Shown piece after piece: positions 1 to 12,559 of a DNA stretch of 64,000 bases. A program made the position numbers and the translations under genes. Position 1 is the first letter of the stretch. Each line of letters opens with the position of its first letter. The DNA comes from Haliotis rufescens (Eukaryota). The stretch is taken from positions 39,990,001 to 40,054,000 of the forward strand of contig NW_025964001.1 of the NCBI RefSeq assembly GCF_023055435.1, given 5' to 3'. The notes under the pieces are model-generated. The model searched no databases, was not told the DNA's origin, and was given only the letters and a program-made list of their open reading frames with translations.

Positions 1-409
1 GAGAACTGAACAACAAGCGATCAGCATCGTCGTAAGGAATGGATGTCGACGTTATTCTTCGTGTATACACGGGATTGTGCGTTATGACCAAATAATTCCT
101 TCCGTTGTCTTGCAATGCCATTCACTCAATAGCCACACACGGGGCTGTTTCAGATAATCTAGGACGCCACATGAGGCAGGATCTATAGATTCTATCTCTG
201 ATGGCTAGTTCACCCAGTGTAGTGGATGTTTCGGAAAAATACCCACCTCCAGTTGATTGTATCTGACTCGTTAAAACGTAATGTATGTGCAGGAACACGA
301 TATGTGAGACGAGTTCAACATGTACAAACCCAAACCAGTCAGAGACAAATGGCATTAAGGTTATTTATTCGTGGTTATGTATTCCTTCTCGCGAGGGTTC
401 TATTTATTT

Positions 410-1085
410 GGGGCGGTTGGGTAGCCAAGCGGTTAAGGAGTTCGCTTGTCACGCCGAAAGCCCCGGTTCGATTCCCCAAGGGTACAATGTTTAAAGCCCG
501 TTTTTTTGTGTTTCCGCTGTGGTATTGCTGGATTACTGCTAAAAGCGGCGTAAAACCACACTCATTCACTGTATGTATTTGGGGCGGTTGGGTAGCCAAG
601 CGGTTAAGGAGTTCGCTCGTCACGCCGAAAGCCCGGGTTCGATTCCCCCAAGGGTACACTGTGTAAAGCCCGTTTTTGTGTGTTTCCGTGGTGATATTGC
701 TGGAATACTGCTAAAAGCGGCGTAAAACCATACTCATTCACTGTATGTATTTGGGGCGGTTGGGTAGCCTGGTGGTTAAGGAGTTCGCTGGTCACACCGA
801 ATGCCCGGGTTTGATTCCCACATGGGAATAATGTGTGAAGCCCATTTTTGGTGTTCCCCTCCGTGATATTGCTGGCATATTGCTAAAAGAGTCGTAGAAC
901 CCTACGTTTTTAAATTTATTCGGCACATCGTGGGGTTGTCGGTAGCCCAGTAGGTGACGCGTTTGGTTTTGTTTCAACCCGAAGACCCAGGTTCAACTCT
1001 TCACATGGACACAACGTGTGGAAATATTTCTTAGTGTACCCCGCCGTGGATACGGCTGGGATAATTATATAGATGGCGTGAAGAT
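410..1085 (+). mobile_element. Tandem array of SINE family A (three clear copies at 410, 581, 753; degenerate fourth from about 930)
   Basis: Units 171-172 bp apart, each with a tRNA-like head (ggttcgattccc B-box in units 1-2) and the family tail gctggaata(t/c)tgctaaaagcggcgtaaaac (variant in unit 1); joined by ttcactgtatgtattt. Confidence 0.9.
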
Positions 1086-1257
1086 AAGGTTCAACACCCC
1101 AGCATAACGTTAGTTGGTTTAAGTACGGAATCTGCTTGAAATCTTGGTTTGAACCACAAGCTGACTCATAGTAGACTGAGGGCTGTACAGTAAATAGTGA
1201 TGCGACATGTTTGCTTTAATCGATATTTGTATAAGATTTCAAGAATGATTATCTAGT

Positions 1258-1521
1258 TTGTTTGTTTCTTGTTTAACGCCGCACTCTATTATTCCAGCTA
1301 TATGACGGCGGTCAGTAAATCATCGAGTCTGGACCAGACAATCCAGTCATTGATATAATGAGCATCGATCTACGCAATTGGGATACGATGACGTGCATCA
1401 ACCAAGTCAGCGAGCCTGACCACCCGATCCCGTTAGTCGCCTCCTACGACAAGCATAGCCGCCTTTTACGGCAAGCATGTCTTGCTGAAGACTTATTCTC
1501 TACCCGGATCCTCACAGGTCC
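1258..1521 (-). mobile_element. SINE-like family B, full length (no tRNA head)
   Basis: Matches copies at 12.2, 22.1, 31.4, 32.2 and 45.1 kb; (AAAC)n tail; TSD attatctagt at 1248-1257 and 1522-1531. Confidence 0.9.
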
Positions 1522-1599
1522 ATTATCTAGTATTATAGTATAGGACCAATATCATGGAACATCATCTATCAAAAACTATCGACGAACACTATCTAGAGA

Positions 1600-1870
1600 C
1601 TATCTAGGATCACTGTTGAGGACCACTATCTAGGACAACTATCTGGACAACTGACTTGGACCACTGTCGAGGACCACTATCTAGGACAACTATCTGGACA
1701 ACTGACTTGGACCACTGTCGAGGACCACTATCCAAGACAACTATTTTGACAACTGACTTGGACCACTGTCGAGGACCACTATCTAGGACAACTCTCTTGA
1801 CAGATGACTTGGACCACTGTCGAGGGCAACTATCTGGACAACTATCTTGGACCACTGTCGAGGACCACTG
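1600..1870. repeat. 51-bp minisatellite built of 12-13 bp subunits, with degenerate flanks about 1530-2060
   Basis: gaggaccact recurs at 1618, 1669, 1720, 1771. Confidence 0.9.
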
Positions 1871-2703
1871 TATGTGATAGTCAGCTAGAGCAATGACCTG
1901 GGACAGCTATCTAATAAAATTATCTGGAAACTATCTACGACAACATAACTCTATTATGGTCACTATGTAGGGCCACTATCCACGAAAACGGCCGGGGACA
2001 GCTATTTAGGAACACTGTCGGAAACTACACTGTCCAGAAACGCCTTCAAGGACCACAGGATCACGAAAGATTTGGACGACACTGAACTTGTGGATTGTGT
2101 TCTTGTCTTGTGGGTCCATAATCAGTGACGACATGTGAAATCTTTAGACGAGTGGTCCAGTAGATCGTCAACGAGATCAATGTTTCCCGTCAGCCTTGAT
2201 CCAGTGCATCTATTAACCATATCATAATTAATAATTAGTGTATCACTAGACAACAGGATGAATCCCTCTGCGGTGGGATGACTGGGTATCGATTTCTCAC
2301 ACGGCTGCGACATCCCATTGACTAGTAGTAGTCAATGAAAAATCAACCGTGTAGTCAGCTGATCGTTTACTTTTCAGCGCACTGACAACGCACCTGGCCT
2401 TGAGAAATGTCAGTGCGTTGTCTCGCAACAGTTGTTGCCTTCTCTTGTCTGTCCTTAGAGAAGATGGGTTTAACGCCGCTTGTAAATTCCTTACAGGGTG
2501 ATGCGAGACGAATATAAACTCAAGTTGATTTATATAGATATATATTAATATAAAAAAATATTACAAAATATCAGTATTTTAAAAGGAACAACGTAATATA
2601 AAAATCGAAAAGAGAAACACTTACAGGATTCAAAGTAAACGAAACACCACAAGAAGATATCCACCGTAAACAGAGCTGTTCTCATCTCGGTTCAAAGTAA
2701 ACA

Positions 2704-2869
2704 GGGGCGGTCGGGTAGCCTAGTGGTTAAAGCGTTCGCTCGTCACGCCGAAGAACCGGGTTCGATTCCCGACATGGGTACAATGTGTGAAGCCCATTTC
2801 TGGTGTCCCCCGCCGTGCTATTGCCGGAATATTGCTAAAAGCGGCATAAAACCATACTCACTCACTCAC
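2704..2869 (+). mobile_element. SINE family A, full length, tRNA-Asp-like head
   Basis: A/B boxes; gtcacgccgaaga..gggttcgattcccgac resembles tRNA-Asp(GTC); (TCAC)n tail; TSD tcaaagtaaaca at 2692-2703 and 2870-2881. Confidence 0.92.
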
Positions 2870-2884
2870 TCAAAGTAAACATGG

Positions 2885-3060
2885 TTTCAGCTGGTAGACC
2901 AGGACTTGCTTACCATTTTCGTGAACATCTGGTGTCATCACTGATCAGTGATCCATTCATCAAAATTCCACCCCTGTTTTGCCTTTTACGCCCAATGGAA
3001 TCTGGCTCGGCAGATAATCGAGACTGGTTATTCTCTGGCGTTGGCTTTTTGTTTTCAATA
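2885..3060. repeat. Unclassified dispersed repeat (other copies about 27950-28125 same strand, about 50650-50790 inverted)
   Basis: Shared catctggtgtcatcactga...atccattc and aatcgagactg motifs. Confidence 0.7.
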
Positions 3061-3062
3061 TA

Positions 3063-3284
3063 AACTGTCGGGCAAAAGAAATATATACCCATGTTTGTTT
3101 GATGGTAGCTAAAAATGAACCAAACAAGAAATGGTTATTCGTTATTCGATGGTGATGTACTTGGTATCACTTGTATCATATCAATGAGTATCTCACAACA
3201 AGCGACTGTTTTTCAGCCTAGTAACATTTCTTATGTTTTGGTCAAATCCAATTTTCAAGTGTATACTTATTTTGCCCGGTAGTG
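3063..3284. mobile_element. Tc1/mariner-like MITE (related copies about 28297-28525, 47394-47595, 49010-49195, 56714-56945)
   Basis: Imperfect TIRs actgtcgggcaaaa / ttttgcccggtagt, TA on both sides; internal ggtcaaatccaattttca shared with the other copies. Confidence 0.75.
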
Positions 3285-4206
3285 TAGTATAATCATCAGA
3301 ATATTGCCAAGAAAAATACTTTAAAAAGATACTACTTCAACATCATATGTACACTTTTACTTTGAATGTTACTTTGAAATAAAACAATAGTTTAAAACAA
3401 ATTAGTATCAAATTAGATATATCAAACAGAGTACTCCACGAGAAGAGATAGAAATGATTTTCAAATCTTAATTTAACAGTTACAAAATGTTTAATCTTCA
3501 ATCCGAGAATGTGAAACACCGTACCACTGGTAAACAATGTAATCAAAGTCAAGCGAGAAGTAATGAATGCACAGCATGTTGACAGATATATACAGTCAAC
3601 AGTCAATATCCATGAAATTCTGGTTGGTATTTATGTTATTTAGTCTTTTGACCGAAATACATGTTAAAACAGCATCTTTCCAAAATATAACGGATCATGA
3701 ACAATTTTGGGGGTACTTTTTATGACATTGTGTGCTCGGTCTTCACTACAAAAATATCCTCAAAAATATTCACGATCCCTAACATTTGTTGGTATATTTA
3801 ATACTGTATATTAAAATAGGATATGTTTAAATATTAGAATTTCTCGGTATGTCAATGTACTATCATTACCGCATCAATGCTACCACTTGTGCTTTTCGTT
3901 CATCATCTCTATAATTAGTTAGTAAATACTACATAAGAATGTTATATAGCATGAATAGTATTGTGTTGTGTTCAAATATGTAAAAACATATTTAAAACTA
4001 ATGTTTACACGAATCAATATGTTCGTCTAAAAACACACCGTAATTGGGTCAGATACAGCAGCTGCTTGTATCATAGCCGCATGTGACGGGGAGATGGTGT
4101 TTCAAGTGATTCGTTTGATAAAGCAAGTAGCTGTCCTGGCGCATCTGTGCATCACGAAGGATTTTTAAAGACCATTGAATTTTTTTATTTAAGAGGGCAT
4201 CGGTCT

Positions 4207-6106
4207 GTTGCCCATATCCAATGTAGGCCTAGACCTTGTTAATTGTGCCCTATATCGTTGTCCATATGCATTGTAGATATAGACCTTGTAAATTGTGCCC
4301 TATATCGTTGCTCACATCCAGTGTAGGTCTAGACCTTGTTAATTGTGCCCTATATCGTTGTCCATATCCAGTGAAGGTCTAGACCTTGTTAATCGTGCCC
4401 TATATCGTTGTCCATATCCAGTGTAGATCTAGACCTTGTAAATTGTGCCCTATATCGTTGCTCACATCCAGTGTAGGTCTAGACCTTGTTAATTGTGCCC
4501 TAAATCGTTGTACGTATCCATTGTAGATCTAGACCTTGTAAATTGTGCCCTATATCGTTGCTCACATCCAGTGTAGGTCTAGACCTTGTTAATTGTGCCC
4601 TAAATCGTTGTACGTATCCATTGTAGATCTAGACCTTGTAAATTGTGCCCTGTATCGTTGCTCACATCCAGTGTAGATCTAGACCTTGTTAATTGTGCCC
4701 TATATCGTTGTCCACATCCAGTGTAGGTCTAGACCTTGTTAATTATGCCCTATATCGTTGTCCATATCCATTGTAGATCTAGACCTTGTAAATTGTGCCC
4801 TATATAGTTGCTCACACCCAGTGTAGGTCTAGACCTTGTTAATTGTGCCCTATATCGTTGTCCATATCCAGTGTAGATCTAGACCTTGTTAATTGTGCCC
4901 TATATCGTTGTACGTATCCAGTGTAGATCTAGACCTTGTTAATCGTGCCCTATATCGTTGTCCATATCCATTGTAGATCTAGACCTTGTAAATTGTGCCC
5001 TATATAGTTGCTCACATCCAGTGTAGGTCTAGACCTTGGTAATTGTGCCCTATATCGTTGTCCATATCCAGTGTAGATCTAGACCTTGTTAATTGTGCCC
5101 TATATCGTTGTACGTATCCAGTGTAGATCTAGACCTTGTTAATTGTGCCCTATACCGTTGTCCATATCCAGTGAATGTCTAGACCTTGTTAATTGTGCCC
5201 TATATCGTTGTCCACATCCACTGTAGATCTAGACCTTGTTAATTGTGCCCTATATCGTTGTCCACATCCAGTGTAGATCTAGACCTTGTTAATTGTACCC
5301 TATATCGTTGTCCATATCCAGTGAAGGTCTAGACCTTTTTAATTGTGCCCTATATCGTTGTCCACATCCAGTGTAGGTCTAGACCTTGTTAATTGTGCCC
5401 TATATCGTTGCCCATATCCAGTGTAGGTCTAGACCTTGGTAATTATGCCCTATATCGTTGTACGTATCCATTGTAGGTCTAGACCTTGTTAATTGTGCCC
5501 TATACCGTTTTCCATATCCAGTGTAGATCTAGACCTTGTTAATTGTGCCCTATACCGTTGTCCATATCCAGTGTAGGTCTAGACCTTGGTAATTGTGCCC
5601 TATATCGATGTACGTATCCAGTGTAGGTCTAGACCTTGTTAATTGTGCCCTATACCGTTGTCCACATCCAGTGTAGGTCTAGACCTTGGTAATTATGCCC
5701 TATATCGTTGTCCACATCCAGTGTAGGTCTAGACCTTGGTAATTATGCCCTATATCGTTGTCCACATCCAGTGTAGGTCTAGACCTTGTTAATTGTACCC
5801 TATATCGTTGTCCATATCCAGTGTAGGTCTAGACCTTGTTAATTGTGCCCTATATCGTTGTACGTATCCAGTGTAGATCTAGACCTTGTTAATTGTGCCC
5901 TATATCGTTGCTCACATCCAGTGTAGGTCTAGACCTTGTTAATTGTGCCCTATACCGTTGTCCATATTCAGTGTAGATCTAGACCTTGTTAATTGTGCCC
6001 TATACCGTTGTCCATATCCAGTGTAGATCTAGACCTTGTTTATTGTGCCCTATATCGTTGTACGTATCCAGTGTAGATCTAGACCTTGTTAATTGTGCCC
6101 TATATC
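4207..6106. repeat. 50-bp tandem satellite, about 38 units
   Basis: The agacct motif recurs exactly every 50 bp from 4231 to 6081; unit agaccttgttaattgtgccctatatcgttgtccatatccagtgtag(a/g)tct. Confidence 0.97.
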
Positions 6107-6596
6107 AAACCGAGACACTGTGTTGTCATTAACTGCTAGACGGATATTTGTCTTAGCTTAGCAGATCTGAACGACCTATTTTGAACGAATGAAATGAATC
6201 TTTGGTTCGTACTTTATCACACAGATCCCAACTTAGTATGTTAGCAAAATATAGTTGTGTCTGGAAACTAATGATCGATCGATGACCGCATTACACAATC
6301 GAAAATGTAAATGTTGTAATCAATATTGTTTGGAAGATGCGTTACATTTTCTGGTTAACTGTAATAATTATTTAGTCCAAAGACTTTGTCTTTTGGAATC
6401 TGCATGTGTCTAAGCGTCCAGGACCACTTAGTATTCTTATTGAAAACAACACTTGCTACAACTTCCCCAATAATGTATAAACGAGAAAACTTTCTACATT
6501 TTAACCCATCGTTTTATGTGATTTAATGATTATTTAGTTTCTAATAGACATTAAAAATACATAACTTCAAAATCTAGACTTGTCACTGTTGACTTG

Positions 6597-6782
6597 AGTT
6601 TGTTGGGTTGTTGGGTTGTTGGGTTGTTGGTGTTGGTGTTGTTGTTGTTGTTGTCTTACTACGTCTTCTTCCATCAATTTGTTAGGACTATTTGCCGGCC
6701 CCAATATAATCTGTTTTCTGATTTCTCTTTTTGACGTGATGCCTCCTCCTCCCCTCCTCCTCCTCATCACCATCATCATCAC

Positions 6783-6818
<36 letters not shown>
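6597..6818. repeat. Compound microsatellites (GTT)n, (CCT)n, (CAT)n
   Basis: Directly visible at 6597-6654 and 6742-6818. Confidence 0.95.
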
Positions 6819-9800
6819 CACAGCCCTCATTGATATAAATTTACTCTTCATGCATCTTAGATTTTATCATGATGGTGGTTTTATCAATCATTCCTGTTGC
6901 AAAGTTTTTCGTTGTCGATAGATATATTGAATGACAATGCGCTGATTCATGCGTGAGACAAATACACCAGTCATTATTTTCCTGCTTTCAACAATAACAT
7001 CTATCATTAACCTACACTGTCACTCGATCAACAGGCCAAATCTCGCCCGATCGAGACTTGACGTGTTTTAACAAGGATGCTGTAATGATATCGTGTAAGT
7101 AATATAATCTATATAAACTTGACTGGGCAGTCCCGCCTCGCCTCAACCCGACTGCTCTGTTGTGCGACACAATACTACTTCCCCATCGACCCTGTAGCTT
7201 TCCGAGCATGACAGCCCCAACATTAGGGTTAGTCGCGTGGAAAGTCGCAGCAATTACCGGCCACTGGGCTTTTTCTTCACCATGCCCGGCTAGTTTCGCA
7301 ATAACAGCGGGCGCAACACAAACAATATAGGGAAAATTATATCATTTAATTTCATTTTCATAGCGTCCCCCTCCTGTCTATAAGGAAATATTTTCAGTTG
7401 TGACACCTTTTCTGGAGTGCTGACTGACACGTGTGTCTGGCGTTGCTGTCGTGACGCTCGTACATACGTCACGTTTAATACTCAATTTTAACTATCATAT
7501 TATATATTAATATCAGTATATTTATGGTAAACTACCCCATTTTTCTATAGACCCTTTCGAAATGTCGTTCCTCGTAATAACCTTAACAATATGTAGAAAT
7601 AGTATCTGCAGATTTTGTGGCGGGTGGAGTTACTTCTATTACTGGACGGGACCTTGCACGTCGAATCAAACTCACAAGGTTTTTAACCGGTGTTTGCGTT
7701 TTCAATCACTCTTGTTTCTGAATTATGATTGAAATGAATTTATTAAATAAACAGCTATGTACTCGGTGTTATATTGTTAGAAGGGTTGTACTTACCCAAC
7801 AATATGCCCACGCACACCTCGCGTTTGCATTATACTAATTTCATTGAGATTTTATATAGGTATTAAACAGTAAATATTTATGAGTGGTTATTAATATGTC
7901 ACGTATGGTGACTTAGTTTAATTTTAGTGCATCGTTGTTTAATGGAAATGGTGTTAAAGCAAGTTTTGTCTTTGCGTGGTAGTAGTGACTTAAAATCGTT
8001 ATTCACACTTCATAATATGTTAACCAAGGCGATTACACCCTATAACTATTCCTAAAATATTTTACCAAGATGAAAACACTTTTGACTATGGACAATGTTA
8101 AAACCTATCTGAGCCATTGACTTGTCTGTCAACCCCCCCCTCCCCTCCCCCCACCCCCACCCCCCTCCTCATTAGATACAGTTGAAAGTCGAAATAACAA
8201 TTACATTGACTCGATTAGATAATACATGGGCTAGATGCATCTCCTTGGCTGAGCCCGTGTGACATGCAGTGAGTCGGAACGGCCGTCTCCTCTCCCTACG
8301 GAGCTGCCCTCAGTTAAAAGCAGGTGCAGGGAGACAGATCGAGGAAGACTTGAATGATGCGCTTCACTGGACATCAAAGAAGCCGACGAGTCTATTTGGA
8401 CAGGTATCTCAGGTGGGGTTTCAGGACAGACTTACGTCACGTGGTGTCGCTTCGATATGGTTGACTGACAGAGCGCGGTGCACTGCAGTGTACATTTGAA
8501 CATGATGTAAAGGATTAATTAATATATCATGGAGACTCCCATGGGAGAATTGAGTGGTTTGCTGTCGTCCACAGAGTGACGTAATCGATTGTAAGCACGG
8601 TTTCTGAAGAAAGACTTTCCCCCATATGATTCAAGGTTATTTTAAAGGTATTAGCTGAAATCGAATTATCAACAGGGCTCAAGTCGAGGTAATTACTTCG
8701 TTGATCTGAAATTGTCAAGTAGAATACTATTGTTAGTAGAATTTACACGGTGATATATAATAACATGAAGGCCAACCAATAGACATAGCAATATCAGCAA
8801 GCATTGTTGAAAACAACGCGTACCATCGGTGTGCCAACCGTATATATGTCGGTACAATCAGTCAATCAGGTTCATCCTCTGGGTAAGCCACGTAAAACCC
8901 TACCCCGGGGCTGTGCCCTGTGGATCCCCCCCCCCCCCCCCCTCCCATCCCTCCCCCAACCCCCTTCTCCCCGGCTACAGCAATTAACATTAGAGTGTAT
9001 TATATTCACATCAGGTGACAGCACCGTTTGACTAGATCACACTGACCCTCGGGCCTCGTCGTAGACTTAGATCGATCACTCAAGGAAAACGATGTACCGC
9101 GTATGTATATAGGATATTTTTAATCAGAGTGTGATACATGACGTTTTTTTAATTATCATTGTATGATTATAGTACGTAAACATCTATATGGTCTGACAAT
9201 AAACAGTCCTTAACATTCATGATCAATGTAACTAACCTTGACCTTTTGCTATCTTCTTTGAGATAAATGTCCTTAATATTGCTTTTCAGCTCTTAATTAT
9301 GAAATATCAAACTAGATGTTTTAGTTTTAACAAAGTACACGGAATTTAACTTTTTAACTTAAAGCACAACATACTGACAAATGAAATTAAATGTGTTAGC
9401 CCTTATCTAGACATATGGACATAAGCTTTTTTAGATTTTAACAAGACATTTGGAATTGAACGTGTTCCGGTTAAAAGAGATCTATTGACAAAATCTTGAT
9501 AAAACTTGTTAAAGAGTCGTACAAAGAACATATTTACACCAAAAAGAGTCATATGTGATTTCATTGTTATCTAAAAATCAACAAACAACTGCTTTGATCC
9601 CACAACCTGCGCGAATGCAGATTGAAATCCCAGCTAGAGGCCCAGTTGTAGCTGTGACGTCATAGTGGAGAGACGTCCACCATTTTGTTTCATTTTCAAT
9701 GCATTCATCTACATGACAATGAAGTCATTTTCCGTTATTATCTGGGCATTGAAGACGTAAAATTGGGCATTGTGTGGGCTATGTGGTGAACTAGTCAAAC

Positions 9801-10754
9801 AAAAGTACCAAGAGTCATTTCTTGAAATTTCCGAGCGCAAAGGCCGACTTAGCGAGGAGGAAAGTTTGGATAAAGCGATGTTATCTATGGCAACCGACTT
9901 GACGTGTCGTTTTGTTATTCTTGCATTTTGAGGCATCAGTCTGTGAGAGAGATCCACATAAACTGAACGAACTTGGTTACGAAAATGTATTTAGCACTCA
10001 TTGTCATATATAATCCATAGCGCATTGAACAGAATACAAGGTTATGTAGTGGGCATATATTCAGTTCATGGTCTTGCGAACCCTTGTCTGATTCTGCAGG
10101 AAAAATCCTTCTTATATCAGTCACAAAACATGCAGGTTGAACTTTTCTACATTTTCTAGGGTGCCCCCCCCCCCCCCCCCTGAATCCCAAATACCATCTA
10201 AGTTTTCACTCACTCTGTCTCTTTTCACTGTTAAGTCTCGTTTACTCACCCCTTAAATCAGAATACTACTTTACACAAATCTCAAAAGCATTGATAAAAG
10301 GGTGCGATTCAAGTAAAATTTCCGAAAAAATATCGAAAAAGAGTAAATATATAAAGGGAACTTTTGCGTACATCATTAATTTTATTCAGAAATGTCATGA
10401 TAGCCTATAACACCAGATTGTGTTTCCTAGTCTTTCCGTGTTGACATCAGACTGATTGTCTTCACTCGGTAGATCTTCCTCGCTTTCCTCGCTGCTGTCA
10501 AGATTATTTTGACTAACAACTGGCTCGTATCGATATGGACGAGTATTGTAAGGCCACTGAGCGAAAATTCAACGTTTTCATCGATGCCATGGCGAACGCG
10601 AGTAATCTCCTTTAATACTAGACATATAGACGAAACAATGTTTAAGTCTAAACTAGAAATTTGAAACGAAGCGCTTCATAATATAGCACAGGTCAAGGTA
10701 TCCCATCGATGTGCAGAAGGTGTATATCATGATATATATGTATATCTAGTGTCT

Positions 10755-11460
10755 CTTGTATACTACAGCTGTGTTATGATATAGAGATGGCGTGGTATTT
10801 GTACCATGTATTCTACAGCTGCACATTATGATATATCCATGGCTTGGTATATGTACAACATATAATACAGCTACACATTATGATATATCTATGACATGGT
10901 ATTATACTACAGCTACACATTATGATATATCCATGTTATATGTACCACGTTATGATATATATCCATGGCATTGAAAAAATCCACGTATTCTACAACTGCA
11001 CATTATGTTATATCCACGACATGGTAACGATACCACGTATACTTACGCTGCACATCATGATATATCAATGGTATATGTACCACATATACTACAGCTGCAC
11101 ATTATGATCTATGGTATATGTATCCCGTATACTTACGCTGCACATTAGGATGTATCAATGGTCTATGTACCACATATACTACAGCTGCACATTATGATAT
11201 ACCCATGGTATATGTACCACGTATACTACAGCTGCACATAATGACATGTCCATGATCTGGTAACGATACCACGTATACTTACGTTGCACATTATGATATA
11301 TCCATGGCATGGTCAATATACCAAGTATACTTAGCTGCACATTTTGAATATCCATTGCATAGTATCTGTACCAGGTATACCACAGCTGCATGTTTTAGAT
11401 ATGCATGGCGTATTATGTACCAGGCATGCCACAGCTGCGTTCTATGATATATCTGTACCA
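10755..11460. repeat. Degenerate 47-52 bp minisatellite
   Basis: Recurring tactacagctgcacattatgatatatccatgg(catgg)tatatgtaccac. Confidence 0.85.
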
Positions 11461-12213
11461 TTGGATGAGAATCATGAAATTCATATGCATGATAATTCGT
11501 TTATATTTCACTCACAATTATGCAGCTGTTTATGCTGGTATATGTAGCTAAACTGTACCCACCTGTACTTATCCTACATAATATTATGCTACATATTTCG
11601 ACTACATCGTTTGTTTATCACAGCTGTACGTTTTTACCATGTCTCACGTTGCTACATTAACAGGTGTCCAGTGTGTGGTGTTAGGCCTGTAAGATCACAT
11701 AGCTATTAATTATGATGGATCGTGCGATCGCCAGGTGAAGCCCCACCCCCGGGATGTCCCCGGCTCAGTCTCGGGTTCCGGCCGCCAGCCATGTCCCCTG
11801 GACAAGACATATTTGCCATATACGCATATTGTAAAACATAATCCCAAATATATCACGGCGGATGAGTTTCCGGTTCGGGGATTTAGAGGCAGTGAAAAGA
11901 TCTATCCTGTCAGAGTGGTCCGTGATTGCCCGGGGGTCACGTCAATTGATGTCTCACCCCGTCATGCTTACTTGGTAATATATTACGTCAATAAACGGGG
12001 GATACTATCTCATGTGCTTAATACATCCGTGGGTTATGTCAATATTTTGGGATTTGTCCTCTGCCCCGGATTAAGCTGAGGGATTGTGTGAAGAATTTCT
12101 CCATTAGGAGCCGAATGTGTATTGTAGTTGTTCGAGGCCCTTTAAGTGAAGTGATGAGTTGCGACACCCCCTCCCCTGCCCACGTGCCTAAGATCCCATG
12201 ATGTTATGGATGT

Positions 12214-12464
12214 TGATGGTTGGTTTGTTGTTTAACGCCGCACTCAGCAATATTCCAGCTACATGACGGCGGTCTGGAAATAATCGAGTCTGGACAAGAC
12301 AATCCAGTGATTATCATGCGCAATTGGGATCGATGACATGCATCAACCAAATCAGCGAGCCTGACCACCCGATCCTGTTAGTCGCCTTTTACGACAGACA
12401 TAGCCGCCTTTTACGGAAAGCATGGGTTGATGAAGACCTATTCCACCCCGGATCTTCACGGGTC
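12214..12464 (-). mobile_element. SINE-like family B, full length
   Basis: Head gacccgtgaagatccggggtggaataggtcttca on minus strand; TSD tgttatggatgt at 12202-12213 and 12465-12476. Confidence 0.9.
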
Positions 12465-12559
12465 TGTTATGGATGTGTGCGTCGTGTCGAAGTATAAGGT
12501 GTTCACCCATTTGCTAACGCGTTTAGGCCAGCCTGAGGTGTTATGGTAAGTGTTGATGA

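Noticed and set aside
226-666. 146-aa ORF with internal repeat, and similar paired ORFs at 23634 and 62982
   Set aside because: Translations of SINE copies
2704-2780. tRNA-Asp gene
   Set aside because: No proper acceptor stem; continues into a SINE body with tail and TSD; many diverged copies
4207-6106. CRISPR-like regular repeat
   Set aside because: No unique spacers, no cas genes, eukaryotic context
6567-6921. Poly-Met, poly-Gln and poly-Ile ORFs
   Set aside because: Microsatellite translations without splice or domain support
7189-7232. miR-10-like accctgtag
   Set aside because: Only the seed region matches; no extended hairpin
9029-9047. miR-279-like sequence tgactagatcacactgacc
   Set aside because: Seed matches, but the putative opposite arm has too many mismatches for a pre-miRNA hairpin
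11745-12085. Possible old MITE with imperfect inverted ends
   Set aside because: Inverted similarity too weak to define boundaries; no second copy seen
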